Assembly (NCBI GenBank): GCA_026391215.1
Contig: JAPLDX010000080.1
Coordinates: 1 to 15,189, forward strand
From: Bacteroidia bacterium
GTDB taxonomy: Bacteria; Bacteroidota; Bacteroidia; Bacteroidales; VadinHA17
Length of the DNA: 15,189 bases
Reading direction: 5' to 3'
Shown here: positions 7,768 to 15,189 of the stretch, piece by piece
Layout of the letters: the number at the start of each line of letters is the position of its first letter
How positions within the stretch are numbered: position 1 is the stretch's first letter
Notes under the pieces: generated by a model
Told to the model about the DNA's origin: nothing
Database searches by the model: none
Seen by the model: the letters and a program-made list of their open reading frames with translations, nothing else
Made by a program: the position numbers and the translations under genes

Positions 7768-8892
7768 ATGAAAATTATTGCAGACGATAAAATCCCTTTT
7801 CTTAAAGATGTTCTTGAACCTTATGCTGAAGTGATCTATTTGCCGGGGAGACAGATCACCAATAAGATACTTAGGGATGCTGATGCGCTTCTTATAAGGA
7901 CCAGGACAAAATGCACCGAATCTCTCCTGAAAGGGACCAAAGTAAAATATATAGGTACTGCAACAATAGGCTTCGACCATATTGATACTCAGTTCTGTGA
8001 GAAAAATGAAATATTCTGGACTAATGCTCCCGGGTGCAATTCATCTTCTGTACAGCAATATATGGCAGCCGCTCTCCTGAAAATCGCTGCTGAATTCCGG
8101 TTCAGCCTGAAAGGCAAGACTATTGGGATCGTTGGTGTCGGAAATGTAGGTTCAAAAGTTGAGAAGCTTGCCCTGGCTCTGGGGATGAATGTTCTTCTTA
8201 ATGATCCGCCGCGGGAGAGGAAAGAAGGTGAAAAAAAATTTGTGAGCCTCGGGTCAGTTATTTATAAATCTGATATTGTGACGCTTCATGTCCCGTTGAA
8301 TGTTGTCGGTGAAGACTGTACCTGGCATCTTTTTGATGAGAAGAGCTTTAAAAAAATGAGAAAGGGAACCTGGTTTATTAACGCTTCACGAGGTGAAGTG
8401 ACAGAAACAAGTGCACTTAAGAAAGCACTCGGATCTGGGAAGCTGGCAGGAGCCGTATTGGATGTATGGGAGAATGAGCCTGATATTGATATAGACCTCA
8501 TGGCGAAAACATTCCTTGCCACACCTCATATTGCCGGCTATTCAACAGATGGCAAAGCAAATGGCACCTCTATTATTGTCAATTCATTATGCAGCCAATT
8601 CAATCTCCCTCTTAAAAACTGGTACCCTCCTAAAGTGCCAAAACCCGATGCGCCCGTGATCTCAATAAGTGGTATCGGAAAAACTGATGAGGAAATCATC
8701 AGTGAAGCCGTCTTCCATACATATAATATTGACCAGGATAATATTAATCTGCGGTTTTCTCCATCTGACTTTGAAAAGCAGAGAGGCGATTACATGATAA
8801 GGCGCGAGTTCACGGCCTATACCGTCAAGCTTAATGGTGGTACCAAACACGTAAGGAAAATACTCGAACAACTGGGATTTAAAGTAATATAA
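7768..8892 (+). CDS. pdxB: 4-phosphoerythronate dehydrogenase (vitamin B6 biosynthesis)
   Basis: MKIIADDKIPFL, ATIGFDHID, NAPGCN, NAD-binding GIVGVGNVG, DVWENEP, TPHIAGYSTDGK and C-terminal FEKQRGDYxxRRE, all typical of PdxB. Confidence 0.93.
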   Translation: MKIIADDKIPFLKDVLEPYAEVIYLPGRQITNKILRDADALLIRTRTKCTESLLKGTKVKYIGTATIGFDHIDTQFCEKNEIFWTNAPGCNSSSVQQYMAAALLKIAAEFRFSLKGKTIGIVGVGNVGSKVEKLALALGMNVLLNDPPRERKEGEKKFVSLGSVIYKSDIVTLHVPLNVVGEDCTWHLFDEKSFKKMRKGTWFINASRGEVTETSALKKALGSGKLAGAVLDVWENEPDIDIDLMAKTFLATPHIAGYSTDGKANGTSIIVNSLCSQFNLPLKNWYPPKVPKPDAPVISISGIGKTDEEIISEAVFHTYNIDQDNINLRFSPSDFEKQRGDYMIRREFTAYTVKLNGGTKHVRKILEQLGFKVI

Positions 8893-8914
8893 CAGAATTC
8901 AAAACCCGTACTGC

Positions 8915-10414
8915 TCAGAATTTCAGCTCAGTATCATTTGCCATATTCGTGAGAGCAACATAAATCATTTTAGCCACATCCTCCATTATATCAATGGTCA
9001 CTGCATCAGGATCATCGCCGGGAAGATGATAGTAAACCTTTTTATAGCCACTGGTAGTGAATATCGACATTGTTCTGTATCCTGTCGAACTGAAGTTGTA
9101 TGTATCGCTTCGAGGTCGTCCGTAAAAATCCAAAGGCTCGGGTGCCGAACCCCGGAAAGGACGATGGATGTACTTAGTATTGGCTTCTTCAAAATAGGTA
9201 AGAAGCTGCTTATAGGGTGCTGAAGCATTTACTGCCAGACCTGTTCCGTTCCCGACCATATCAAGGTTAATAAATGTGATTGTATTTTCCTTTGGGAATA
9301 ATGGTTTCCTGGCGTACAGTCTGCTGCCGTGAAGACCTGTCTCCTCACCTCCAATGAAGAGGAATACTACAGATCTCTTAAGCTTTATCCCTGACTGAGC
9401 CATTGCTTTAGCTGCTCCCATGATATCCACTGCCCCGCTGGCATTATCCAATGCTCCGTTAACTGTTTTACCTGCAGTTCCGACTGCATCAAGATGGCCC
9501 CCGATAATTATAGCTTCATTCTTCAGAACGGGATCGGCGCCTTCAATATAACCAACGACATTGCATCCCCTGCCTTCAGGATGTCTTGTGGTGTTAGCCT
9601 TTATTGTCATTATCTTCCCGGTGCTGAAGGAAGCCGGTTTAAATGTTTTCTTTATTTTATCAGTTACCTCGGTGTTGGTGGTATTCAGTCCCGAAAAAAT
9701 ATCGGCCAGAGGTTGGGGTCCTATACCACATACCATAATGGACGGATCGTATGAAATATTAGGATTGGCGCCGATTCCATCAATATAAAGAAATCCTGCA
9801 GCACCATGTTTTACAGCATTCTCAAGCTTATACTGGTGATAGCAGTAACTCACCCACTTCTTGTATTCAGGATCCCTGGGATTAGAATGCGGTACATCCC
9901 TGTTAACCAGCACTATCTTTCCTTTAACATCAATACCTTTATAATCGTCATAATCAAGTTCGGGGGCAGTGACACCAAATCCGACAAAAACTACTTCAGC
10001 AGTGATTTCTCCGTTGCCGGAATTCATCCCCGGGTAATATTCATCAGGATAGGTATAATTCTTTATTATTGATGAACTGTCAGGCTGGGAGATTCTTAGG
10101 GCCAGGCTGCCAATGTCATTTACAGCAGTATAGGGCGAGTCAAACCATTGAAAGTATGTGCCGTTATCACCGCCCGGTAAAATGCCCCACTTCTTAAGTT
10201 TTTCTGCTACCCATTCTGCACTGGCAATATATTCCGGAGTACCCGAAAGCCTGCCATTATATTCAGGTGAACATAGTTTTTCCATCCATGTCATCATCTC
10301 TTCGCTGGTGATGCTGTGAAACTTTGCAAGAAGCTTCGTCTCAAAATCATCCTGGGCGTATATATAATTTACTGAAATCAGAGCGATCAGTAAAAGTATT
10401 TTGATTTTTTTCAT
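8915..10414 (-). CDS. M28 family metallopeptidase with PA domain
   Basis: Signal peptide (IYA|Q), GRLSGT, PA domain (VVFVGFGV..YDDYKGIDVKGKIVLV) and zinc-ligand motifs GGHLD, GALDNASG, GEETGLHGS, NLDMVG, YHLPGD. Confidence 0.9.
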   Translation of the reverse strand: MKKIKILLLIALISVNYIYAQDDFETKLLAKFHSITSEEMMTWMEKLCSPEYNGRLSGTPEYIASAEWVAEKLKKWGILPGGDNGTYFQWFDSPYTAVNDIGSLALRISQPDSSSIIKNYTYPDEYYPGMNSGNGEITAEVVFVGFGVTAPELDYDDYKGIDVKGKIVLVNRDVPHSNPRDPEYKKWVSYCYHQYKLENAVKHGAAGFLYIDGIGANPNISYDPSIMVCGIGPQPLADIFSGLNTTNTEVTDKIKKTFKPASFSTGKIMTIKANTTRHPEGRGCNVVGYIEGADPVLKNEAIIIGGHLDAVGTAGKTVNGALDNASGAVDIMGAAKAMAQSGIKLKRSVVFLFIGGEETGLHGSRLYARKPLFPKENTITFINLDMVGNGTGLAVNASAPYKQLLTYFEEANTKYIHRPFRGSAPEPLDFYGRPRSDTYNFSSTGYRTMSIFTTSGYKKVYYHLPGDDPDAVTIDIMEDVAKMIYVALTNMANDTELKF

Positions 10415-10442
10415 TTTTCTAATGATTTTTATAGGAAAGGTC

Positions 10443-12497
10443 TTATACAGGCAGAGTTATTGAGAAACAGGTTCCTTCACCTTCCTTGCTGTCAACAGTG
10501 ATAGTGCCTTTTATAATAAGGATAAGCTCATGGCAAAGCTTCAGTCCCAGACCCGTTCCCTTTTCCTGTTCAGTACCGGGAGTGCTGGAAACTTCGGCTG
10601 ATGTAAACAGGTACTTCTGTTTTTCAGGAGTCATCCCAATGCCATTATCACAGATTTTCAGCAGGATGCCACTCCCTGCAGATGTTTTATCTTTCAGTAG
10701 TATGCTGATCCTCCCTCCGCGGGGAGTATATTTTACTGCATTCGATAACAGGTTTCTTATTATGATATCCATCAGATCCTTATCAAAAAATGCTACTGAA
10801 CTGCCAACCTGCGTGAAATTCACTAAAATTTCTTTCTTATCCGATGTCTCTTTAAAAATGCTAAGGTTGGTAAGGATAATATCAGCCAGGTTAAGTTTTT
10901 CGGGTGAATATTTTATCTTATCTTCCTGTCCTCTTCCCCATACAAGCATATTCTCGAGCAGGGAAATTACCTGCTGGGCATACTCAATACTTGAATTGGC
11001 GAAAGAGTCATACTTTTCCTTATACTCCTTTTCTTTAAGCAGATTAAGCATATAAAGGATATTGACCACCGGACTTCTCAGGTCATGTGCAACGACTGAA
11101 AACATCTTGTTCTTCAGCTGGATGGTCTCTGATAATTGTTTGTTCTGAAGCGCAATCCTGACGTTTTGTTTCTCTATCTCCTCGTTACGGGTTTTAAGTT
11201 CCTGGGTTCTTTCACTGACAAGAAGTTCAAGGTTCCTGTTCATGAATTCAAGCTCATTCTGCAACTTTTCCTTTTCATAATATGATCTGACCCATTTGTA
11301 AATCAGAAGTCCGGCCTGAACTAAAATAAAAACTACAACTACGTATGACAGAACATAACCCAAGGTTGTTTCCGATCTGCCAAGAGAAACCCTGATATCA
11401 TGGATGCCTCCTCCGACAAGCAGAAGAAAAGCCAGAAAGTAAACAATGTCAAAAAGATTCTTTTTCATTATGCCCAAAGCGCTCTGAACTATTCCATAAA
11501 TCATAAGGAGCATCATTGCAGGATAGAGCACTAAAGTTATATAACTGAATATTCTGACAGGGAGAAACAACGTAAGAATAGCTGCAGTTGTGAAGAAAAT
11601 AGTTATCACAACGCCTGTAAACCTGAAGTATCTGGCAGGATAAAGAGCGTAGGCGAACCAAACCCAGCCTATTATTATCAGATAGAGCCCCAGATATTCA
11701 AACCTTATCAGCCATGTCCATCCGACATTAAAAAGATTGCTTATAAGAAAGTGCGAAGTGAATAACGGCCTGAATGCCAAACCGAATGATGCCATGCAGA
11801 AAAATCCCATTGCTTTTTCTTTTGGAGACAACAGGTAAAAGAAAAAGAAAAACAGTGAGAATGCAAGAAGAATGCTGATTATTGCCCATTCACCTGCCCA
11901 ATTATTTGCAAGCCGTTTCTGAACTCCGAAAAACGTACCCATCTTCATCGGCAGCCAGAAGCCTCCCCTGCGATGATGAAAATTGGCCACGTTTATCACT
12001 ATTGACAGGGAATCAGATTTCGGATCATATCTGAAAAAATTCCGGCTATAGCCAGGTTCTGTTTCTGATGCTGATTTCCCAGGTATTCCATTGCCTCCAC
12101 AATACTTATCGTTAATGTAAATATCATAGGACGAATCAAATACCGGAAGATCAAATCCCAGCGGCTTCCTGAAACCTGATGGCAGGATTACCAGCAGACG
12201 ATACGTGGCATAACCATATTTCTCAGTATGTACCACTTCCTTAGGATAATCTGTCCAGTAGGATGGAACCTTGCCATAATAATCAGGTGTTAAGTCAGCT
12301 GAAGTAAAATCGTTTGGATGAAGCATTTTATTCCAGTAAAACTCCCATTCCCCGTTTAACCTCAGAAATGAAATTTCGTTTTCCTTCATTCCTCTGAGAT
12401 CCATAACACCTTTTTGGGCTTTTGGTGTAATTCCCTCTACAACCTGGTTAGCTATCGGTACAGTCAGGAAAAATATCAGGAACAATCTGATTTTCAT
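10443..12497 (-). CDS. Sensor histidine kinase with 7TM-DISM-type extracellular and membrane domains
   Basis: Extracellular beta-sandwich segment (LNGEWEFYW..GYATYRL..NFHHRRGG), about 7 hydrophobic helices, a coiled coil (LELLVSERTQEL), H box AHDLRSP, N box NLLSNAVKY, DNGIG and GTGLGL. Confidence 0.9.
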   Translation of the reverse strand: MKIRLFLIFFLTVPIANQVVEGITPKAQKGVMDLRGMKENEISFLRLNGEWEFYWNKMLHPNDFTSADLTPDYYGKVPSYWTDYPKEVVHTEKYGYATYRLLVILPSGFRKPLGFDLPVFDSSYDIYINDKYCGGNGIPGKSASETEPGYSRNFFRYDPKSDSLSIVINVANFHHRRGGFWLPMKMGTFFGVQKRLANNWAGEWAIISILLAFSLFFFFFYLLSPKEKAMGFFCMASFGLAFRPLFTSHFLISNLFNVGWTWLIRFEYLGLYLIIIGWVWFAYALYPARYFRFTGVVITIFFTTAAILTLFLPVRIFSYITLVLYPAMMLLMIYGIVQSALGIMKKNLFDIVYFLAFLLLVGGGIHDIRVSLGRSETTLGYVLSYVVVVFILVQAGLLIYKWVRSYYEKEKLQNELEFMNRNLELLVSERTQELKTRNEEIEKQNVRIALQNKQLSETIQLKNKMFSVVAHDLRSPVVNILYMLNLLKEKEYKEKYDSFANSSIEYAQQVISLLENMLVWGRGQEDKIKYSPEKLNLADIILTNLSIFKETSDKKEILVNFTQVGSSVAFFDKDLMDIIIRNLLSNAVKYTPRGGRISILLKDKTSAGSGILLKICDNGIGMTPEKQKYLFTSAEVSSTPGTEQEKGTGLGLKLCHELILIIKGTITVDSKEGEGTCFSITLPV

Positions 12498-12523
12498 AGC
12501 TTATTCTGTGAGATTTATTTCAA

Positions 12524-12570
12524 CATGCTAAGCATGGCGGCTAAGCGTAGTTTTAAACTACGCTTAGCAT
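12524..12570. repeat. Two adjacent palindromes (13 bp and 29 bp) sharing GCTAAGC
   Basis: catgct-a-agcatg at 12524-12536 and gctaagcgtagttt-t-aaactacgcttagc at 12540-12568. Also atgctaagc (12525-12533) is the reverse complement of gcttagcat (12562-12570). Confidence 0.8.
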
Positions 12571-12581
12571 TGACTTATTTT

Positions 12582-14678
12582 TTATTTAAGACCTCTGTTT
12601 ATCAGGAGGGCGTCTATACCCGGCTCTTTTCCTCGGAATGCAATGTACATTTCAAGCGGATCCCTGGTTCCTCCCCTGGAAAGTATCTCATTTTCGAATC
12701 TGCCTGCAACCTCTTTGTTAAAAATATCACCAGTCTCCTTAAATGCCTGGAAAGCGTCGGCATCCAGCATCTCACTCCAGTAATAACTGTAGTACCCTGC
12801 AGAATAGCCTCCTGACCATATATGATTGAAGTATGTAGATCTGTATCTTGGCTTTATCTCTGGGATCAATCCCCACTTTTCCATGGTCTTCTTTTCAAAA
12901 TCCCTGATATCCAGGTCTGTGGTTCCTGTCAGTGAATGGTATTCCATATCCAGGAGTGCTGCAGCGAGGAACTCAGTGGTGGTGAATCCGATATTGAATT
13001 TGCTTGTCTTGTCGAGTTTTTCAACTATCTCTAAAGGAATAACTTCCCCTGTCTGGTAGTGTTTTGCGTATTCCTTAAGCACCTCCGGTTCCAGAACCCA
13101 GTGTTCCATTATCTGAGAAGGCAATTCAACAAAATCGCGTGGTACTGAACTGCCCGGGTAGGTAATGTTTGAAAGAAGACCTGCAAGTGCATGTCCGAAT
13201 TCATGGAATAACGTTTCAGCCTCATTGGCTGTCAGTAAAGATGGTTTGTCGGCTGATGGAAGTGTTGAATTTGTAACCATGGTCACAATAGGGGTAACCA
13301 TTTTCCCCTTAAGATCACGCCGCTGGCTCCTGAAGCTTCCGCACCATGCACCTCCGCGTTTTGATGGCCTCGGATAATTATCAATCATCAGTATTCCCAC
13401 ATGCTTTCCATCCCGGGTAACCTCGAAAGTATTTACATCAGGATGGTATTTTGGTATGTCATTCCTTTTTGTGAAGGTGAGTCCGTAAAGCCTGTTTGCG
13501 ACGTAGAACATTCCTTCCATAACATTATCAACTTTAAAATATGGCCGTGTGATCTCATCATCAAGGTCATATTTTTCCTTTTTGATTTTTTCAGTGTAAT
13601 ACCACCAATCCCATGGTTCAAGCTTAAACTTGCCACCTTCCTTGTTTATCAGCTCCTGCTGGGCAGCAGCTTCTGCTTTGGCAACAGGTAGTGCTGCATT
13701 CCATACCTGTCCAAGGAAATCAAATACCCTTTCCGGAGTTTTGGCCATGTTCCTTTCGAGTGCGAAATCTGCATAAGTCTTATAACCAAGAAGTTTTACT
13801 CTTTCAGTTCTCAGGTTGGCAATCCTGGCGATTATTTCCTTGTTATCAAATTCATTGTCATTATCCCCTTTCATGAAATATCCCGTGAACAGCTGTTCCC
13901 TCAGGTCACGACGGTCAGAATATTGCAGGAATGGGGTCATACTTGGCACCTGGAGCGTAAATACCCACTTCCCTTCCATATTAAGGGACTTTGCCATTGC
14001 AGTTGCCTGGGCAATTACACCTTCAGGCAAACCTGAGAGATCTTCTTTCTTATCAATGATTAGTTTAAAACCATTGGTTTCGGCAAGAAGGTTCTGTCCA
14101 AACTTAACCTGCAGAAGTGAAAGCTCTTCATTTATCTTACGTAGCTTATTTTTATCATCGGGAGAGAGAGCTGCCCCGCTTCTTACAAAATCCTTGTAGG
14201 TATCCTCAAGGAGTTTTTTCTCTTCTCCGGTAAGCTTTAATTTGTCCCTGTTGTCATACACAGATTTGACCCTCTGGAAAAGAGTATCATTAAGGTTTAT
14301 ATCATCCCTGTGCTTCGATGACAGTGGAGCGAGCTCCCTGTTTATTGCCTGCAGCGAATCGTTTGTGTTGGCAGAATTCAGTGCTCCGAATACCCTTCCA
14401 ACTTTACTTAGAAGGTCACCGCTATAGGCCAGCATCTTTATAGTATTGTCAAAACTGGGATCTTTCGGATTTGTTATTATGGCTCTTATTTCATTCCTCT
14501 GTTCCTCAAATCCTTTCAGGTAAGCTGGCATATAATGTTTGGCCATTATTTTATCGAACGGAGGAACCTCAAATGGAGTTTCCCATTTATTGAAAAACGG
14601 ATTATCGCTTTTGACTTCCTTTTTACATCCTGAGAATCCGATGATTCCCATAATTAAAACGAATACGATCTTTTTCAT
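12582..14678 (-). CDS. dcp: M3 family metallopeptidase (peptidyl-dipeptidase Dcp-like), lipoprotein
   Basis: Lipobox GFSG|C; NPFF..WETPFEVPPFDKI; KRGGAW; zinc motif HEFGH; RDFVELPSQIMEHW; YSAGYYSYYW; RGKEP. Confidence 0.9.
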   Translation of the reverse strand: MKKIVFVLIMGIIGFSGCKKEVKSDNPFFNKWETPFEVPPFDKIMAKHYMPAYLKGFEEQRNEIRAIITNPKDPSFDNTIKMLAYSGDLLSKVGRVFGALNSANTNDSLQAINRELAPLSSKHRDDINLNDTLFQRVKSVYDNRDKLKLTGEEKKLLEDTYKDFVRSGAALSPDDKNKLRKINEELSLLQVKFGQNLLAETNGFKLIIDKKEDLSGLPEGVIAQATAMAKSLNMEGKWVFTLQVPSMTPFLQYSDRRDLREQLFTGYFMKGDNDNEFDNKEIIARIANLRTERVKLLGYKTYADFALERNMAKTPERVFDFLGQVWNAALPVAKAEAAAQQELINKEGGKFKLEPWDWWYYTEKIKKEKYDLDDEITRPYFKVDNVMEGMFYVANRLYGLTFTKRNDIPKYHPDVNTFEVTRDGKHVGILMIDNYPRPSKRGGAWCGSFRSQRRDLKGKMVTPIVTMVTNSTLPSADKPSLLTANEAETLFHEFGHALAGLLSNITYPGSSVPRDFVELPSQIMEHWVLEPEVLKEYAKHYQTGEVIPLEIVEKLDKTSKFNIGFTTTEFLAAALLDMEYHSLTGTTDLDIRDFEKKTMEKWGLIPEIKPRYRSTYFNHIWSGGYSAGYYSYYWSEMLDADAFQAFKETGDIFNKEVAGRFENEILSRGGTRDPLEMYIAFRGKEPGIDALLINRGLK

Positions 14679-14694
14679 GGTTGGTTTTTCAGGT

Positions 14695-14722
14695 CAAATT
14701 TATGTCTTCCGAAATGTACAAA
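14695..14722 (-). promoter_or_regulatory. Bacteroidota housekeeping-sigma promoter candidate for dcp
   Basis: TAAATTTG (14702-14695) matches the -7 consensus TAnnTTTG, 16 nt upstream of the ATG. A TTTG at 14722-14719 gives a 16-nt spacer, shorter than usual. Confidence 0.55.
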
Positions 14723-14745
14723 ATTGATTTCAATGAGCAAGGCAT

Positions 14746-14779
14746 AAAAAGAAGGAAAGACATCGTGTGATGTCTTTCC
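14746..14779 (-). terminator. Intrinsic (Rho-independent) terminator
   Basis: On the - strand: GGAAAGACATC-ACAC-GATGTCTTTCC (perfect 11-bp stem) followed by TTCTTTTT. Confidence 0.85.
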
Positions 14780-14846
14780 GCGATTAACTATAAACCTGAT
14801 CGTAGAATTTGGCCGAACGGCCTGTGTGTAGACTTATTCAATCAAC
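14746..14846 (-). ncRNA. Candidate small RNA (~100 nt), family not recognised
   Basis: Lies between an ECF-like promoter and a strong terminator. No meaningful ORF. Contains a small GGCC-GTTC-GGCC hairpin and an unpaired U/G-rich stretch CAGGUUUAUAGUUAAU just before the terminator. The 5' end is estimated. Confidence 0.45.
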
Positions 14847-14851
14847 ATAAT

Positions 14852-14877
14852 GACGTTCAATTTCGCATTTTGTTGCA
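14852..14877 (-). promoter_or_regulatory. ECF sigma factor-like promoter
   Basis: TGCAAC (14877-14872), a 16-nt spacer, then CGTC (14855-14852). This fits the general ECF pattern of -35 AAC and -10 CGT (compare B. subtilis SigW TGAAAC-N16-CGTA). Confidence 0.5.
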
Positions 14878-14886
14878 GCATTCTGA

Positions 14887-14913
14887 GTTAATGTTGTGTT
14901 AAACATTTGTTAA
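14887..14913. promoter_or_regulatory. Three GTTAA/TTAAC direct repeats at 11-bp period; candidate OmpR/PhoB-type operator
   Basis: gttaa starts at 14887, 14898 and 14909. On the - strand this reads TTAACA-AATGT-TTAACA-CAACA-TTAACT, ending about 9 nt upstream of the putative -35. Confidence 0.45.
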
Positions 14914-14942
14914 TGCGATACAAATGACAGAATGTCAATGAG

Positions 14943-15189
14943 TTACTTAAGTCTGAAGATCATAGAATCAACTACATATGATGCAAATACTCCCAATCCC
15001 CCCTCAATATTTGAATATAGCGGTGAAACCTCTGAAAACGGATCTTCTCCTCCTGAATAGTTGTCTAATGACTTATGGTATTTATAGTATGCTTTATCTG
15101 TATTTAGAACATAGATAACCAGGAAAGCTGAGTCATGTTGAGAAGGATCTGTGACTCTTGTTGTATTAAAGAAGATCCTTTCGCCGTCT
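14943..15189 (-). CDS. 3' end of a DUF4249-like protein (5' part outside the window)
   Basis: Not in the ORF track. Hand translation from 15188: DGERIFFNTTRVTDPSQHDSAFLVIYVLNTDKAYYKYHKSLDNYSGGEDPFSEVSPLYSNIEGGLGVFASYVVDSMIFRLK*. The YYxY..DPFxE..LYSNIxGGLGVF pattern is typical of DUF4249 C-termini. Confidence 0.8.
   Translation of the reverse strand, partial: DGERIFFNTTRVTDPSQHDSAFLVIYVLNTDKAYYKYHKSLDNYSGGEDPFSEVSPLYSNIEGGLGVFASYVVDSMIFRLK

Noticed and set aside
14689-14694. ACCTGA just upstream of dcp, complementary to the candidate sRNA stretch UCAGGU
   Set aside because: A 6-nt match is expected by chance, and it lies at or upstream of the predicted dcp transcription start.
5542-14727. 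Many 60-190 aa ORFs overlapping the main genes
   Set aside because: Antisense or out-of-frame to well-supported genes, with no recognisable motifs.
14834-14848. Mini-ORF ATG TTG ATT GAA TAA inside the candidate sRNA
   Set aside because: Only four codons, and its ATG overlaps the predicted transcription start; no evidence of translation.
14746-14942. Riboswitch or attenuator controlling dcp
   Set aside because: No known aptamer or antiterminator pairing was recognised, and dcp has its own promoter candidate downstream of the terminator; not fully excluded without an Rfam search.

Overview
Bacteroidota-type (probably Bacteroidales) chromosomal window with nine coding regions; two are cut by the window edges and missing from the ORF track. 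Left (- strand): a tight three-gene cluster encoding a signal-peptide-bearing caspase-family (C14) protease with Ig-like domains, a DUF5683-like membrane protein, and a >932-aa lipoprotein with eight ~100-aa FN3-like repeats and a FISUMP (Fib_succ_major) domain. Middle and right: S46 dipeptidyl peptidase with the DPP11-type Arg, pdxB, an M28/PA peptidase, a 7TM-DISM histidine kinase with no response regulator in the window, an M3 Dcp-like lipoprotein and the 3' end of a DUF4249-like gene. The best leads are (i) a candidate ~100-nt small RNA at ~14746-14846 (-), with an ECF-sigma-like promoter, three upstream direct repeats at 11-bp spacing and an intrinsic terminator, and (ii) the exported-caspase / membrane protein / FN3-FISUMP module. 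No mobile element, CRISPR array, tRNA or rRNA was seen. All family calls come from manual motif recognition, not database searches.
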